This document shows, piece after piece, positions 31,191 through 32,000 of a stretch of 32,000 nt of DNA. The position numbers were made by a program, and so were the translations under genes. The notes under the pieces are model-generated. The model made no database searches. It worked only from the letters and a program-made list of their open reading frames with translations, and was not told where the DNA came from. Positions within the stretch are counted from its first letter, which is position 1, and the number at the start of each line of letters is the position of its first letter. Origin of the DNA: Candidatus Electrothrix yaqonensis (GTDB lineage Bacteria; Desulfobacterota; Desulfobulbia; Desulfobulbales; Desulfobulbaceae); assembly GCA_047651235.1 (NCBI GenBank), contig CP178758.1, positions 3,420,001-3,452,000 on the forward strand, in the 5' to 3' direction.

Positions 31191-31555
31191 TTGACCAGCC
31201 GCAGACCGCCTGTTTCTTTTTTTTCAGAGGGCGAAGGGGAAGGAGGAGCATTTGTTTCAAAGCGGACAGCCTTGATAAACCGGGCTTTGCCGCCCATGGT
31301 AAACATTTCCTGCCCGGTGAACTGCGGCGTGCGCAGAGTCCAGACAAGGGGCTGCGGCGGAATGGAGAGCAGCTGCATATGGACCTCCCACCACTCATCT
31401 TTGCGGGAATGGTCGCGTTCAATGCCGGTGACCAGAGCATAACCGGCTGTTTTGCTTTCCTCCACAACCAGCAGAACAATATCACCGACGTCCGTGGTTT
31501 CTTTGCAGGGGACAAGCTCCTGTAATTCCTGTATCAGTTTTTCCATATGTTCCAT
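31187..31555 (-). CDS. Hypothetical 122-aa protein, translationally coupled to ptsH
   Basis: ORF with an ATGA stop/start overlap onto ptsH. No motif I recognise and no obvious SD. An alternative start is ATG 31546. Confidence 0.5.
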   Translation of the reverse strand: MEHMEKLIQELQELVPCKETTDVGDIVLLVVEESKTAGYALVTGIERDHSRKDEWWEVHMQLLSIPPQPLVWTLRTPQFTGQEMFTMGGKARFIKAVRFETNAPPSPSPSEKKETGGLRLVK

Positions 31556-31611
31556 AAGCAGACAGTCTGTTTTTGGTTCGGGTTTGCTTCTCTGTTCGGC
31601 AACGGAGAAGG

Positions 31612-32000
31612 TTATTTGAATTTTTCCTGAATAGCCCGGAGTATATCAGTGATTTCGAAAAACACCTCGACCAGTTCCGGATCAAAATGGCTCCCGGAAT
31701 CTTTCAGGATCTGACTGTAAATCTGTTCGTATCCCCAGGATTTTTTGTAGCTGCGTTCATAAGATAGAGCATCATATACATCAGCCAGAGCGACAATCCG
31801 GGCGGCAAGGGGAATATCTTCTCCGGCCAGTGGCCAGTGCATGAACGAAGTTCCTGACTGCACCACACGACCGGGATAGCCGGTGCCGTCCCATTTCTCA
31901 TGATGATGGAGAACAATCTCGTGGGTTATTCTGTCCAATTCCGAGGCAACATTGGTAAAAAGGCGGGCCCCCTGCACTGTATGCTGTTTCATAATTTCAT
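31612..32000 (-). CDS. HD-GYP domain protein (c-di-GMP phosphodiesterase family), C-terminal part; N-terminus is off-window
   Basis: HHHEKWDGTGYPG, IVALADVYDALSYERSYK and HFDPELVEVF. The frame stays open to nt 32000. Confidence 0.85.
   Translation of the reverse strand, partial: EIMKQHTVQGARLFTNVASELDRITHEIVLHHHEKWDGTGYPGRVVQSGTSFMHWPLAGEDIPLAARIVALADVYDALSYERSYKKSWGYEQIYSQILKDSGSHFDPELVEVFFEITDILRAIQEKFK

Noticed and set aside
30883-31515. 211-codon N-terminal extension of the ptsI ORF (listed as 29080..31515, 811 aa).
   Set aside because: The extension overlaps ptsH and the 122-aa ORF in another frame and is Arg/Pro/Cys-rich nonsense. Enzyme I homology begins at the internal MQTAEKK... 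(ATG 30882), giving a normal 600-aa EI.
1-32000. Looked for CRISPR arrays, rRNA genes, transposase/integrase genes, reverse transcriptases and long (>100 nt) intergenic direct repeats.
   Set aside because: I found none by eye. The only exact long repeat is the intragenic 94-nt pair at 25890/26325, and the only diverged duplication is the transporter 3' fragment at 6687/8311.

Overview
This is a densely coding 32-kb chromosomal window with most genes on the minus strand. Gene content weakly suggests a Gram-negative anaerobe, possibly Desulfobacterota-like.

Backbone:
- tRNA-Val(GAC) followed by thrS-infC-rpmI-rplT-pheS-pheT-ihfA (22045 down to 14655), the same order as the classic E. coli cluster.
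- frr-uppS-cdsA-dxr (14131 down to 10748), running on into a REC-only response regulator, a CBS-pair protein and a DASS/SLC13 anion symporter.
- A translationally coupled chain of an unknown 122-aa protein, ptsH, ptsI, thiL and an ADP-ribosylglycohydrolase (31555 down to 27096). It lies downstream of an HD-GYP gene cut by the right edge.

Accessory or unusual content:
- An AT-rich island edge (1 to ~1700) with a TcmP-like/DUF5131 three-Cys gene pair and a decayed nucleotidyltransferase stub.
- An NfeD-SPFH pair.
- A sensor kinase, a REC-only regulator and a DHp protein with a degenerate ATPase domain. Together they look like a phosphorelay or dedicated-phosphatase module.
- An AlbA_2/Schlafen-like ATPase-fold gene bracketed by a diverged duplicate of the transporter 3' end.
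- A cyclic-nucleotide-binding domain fused to a formate/nitrite-family (FNT) channel.
- An orphan cbiG.
- A secreted protein built from two ~145-aa tandem units with a polylysine tail.

I saw no rRNA, CRISPR array, transposase or integrase. All family calls come from motif recognition by eye, not from searches. The best candidates for something undescribed are the cNMP-FNT fusion, the TcmP/DUF5131 pair (incomplete in this window), the kinase/REC/pseudo-kinase trio, the tandem-repeat polybasic exported protein, and the HPr-EI-ThiL-ARH coupling.
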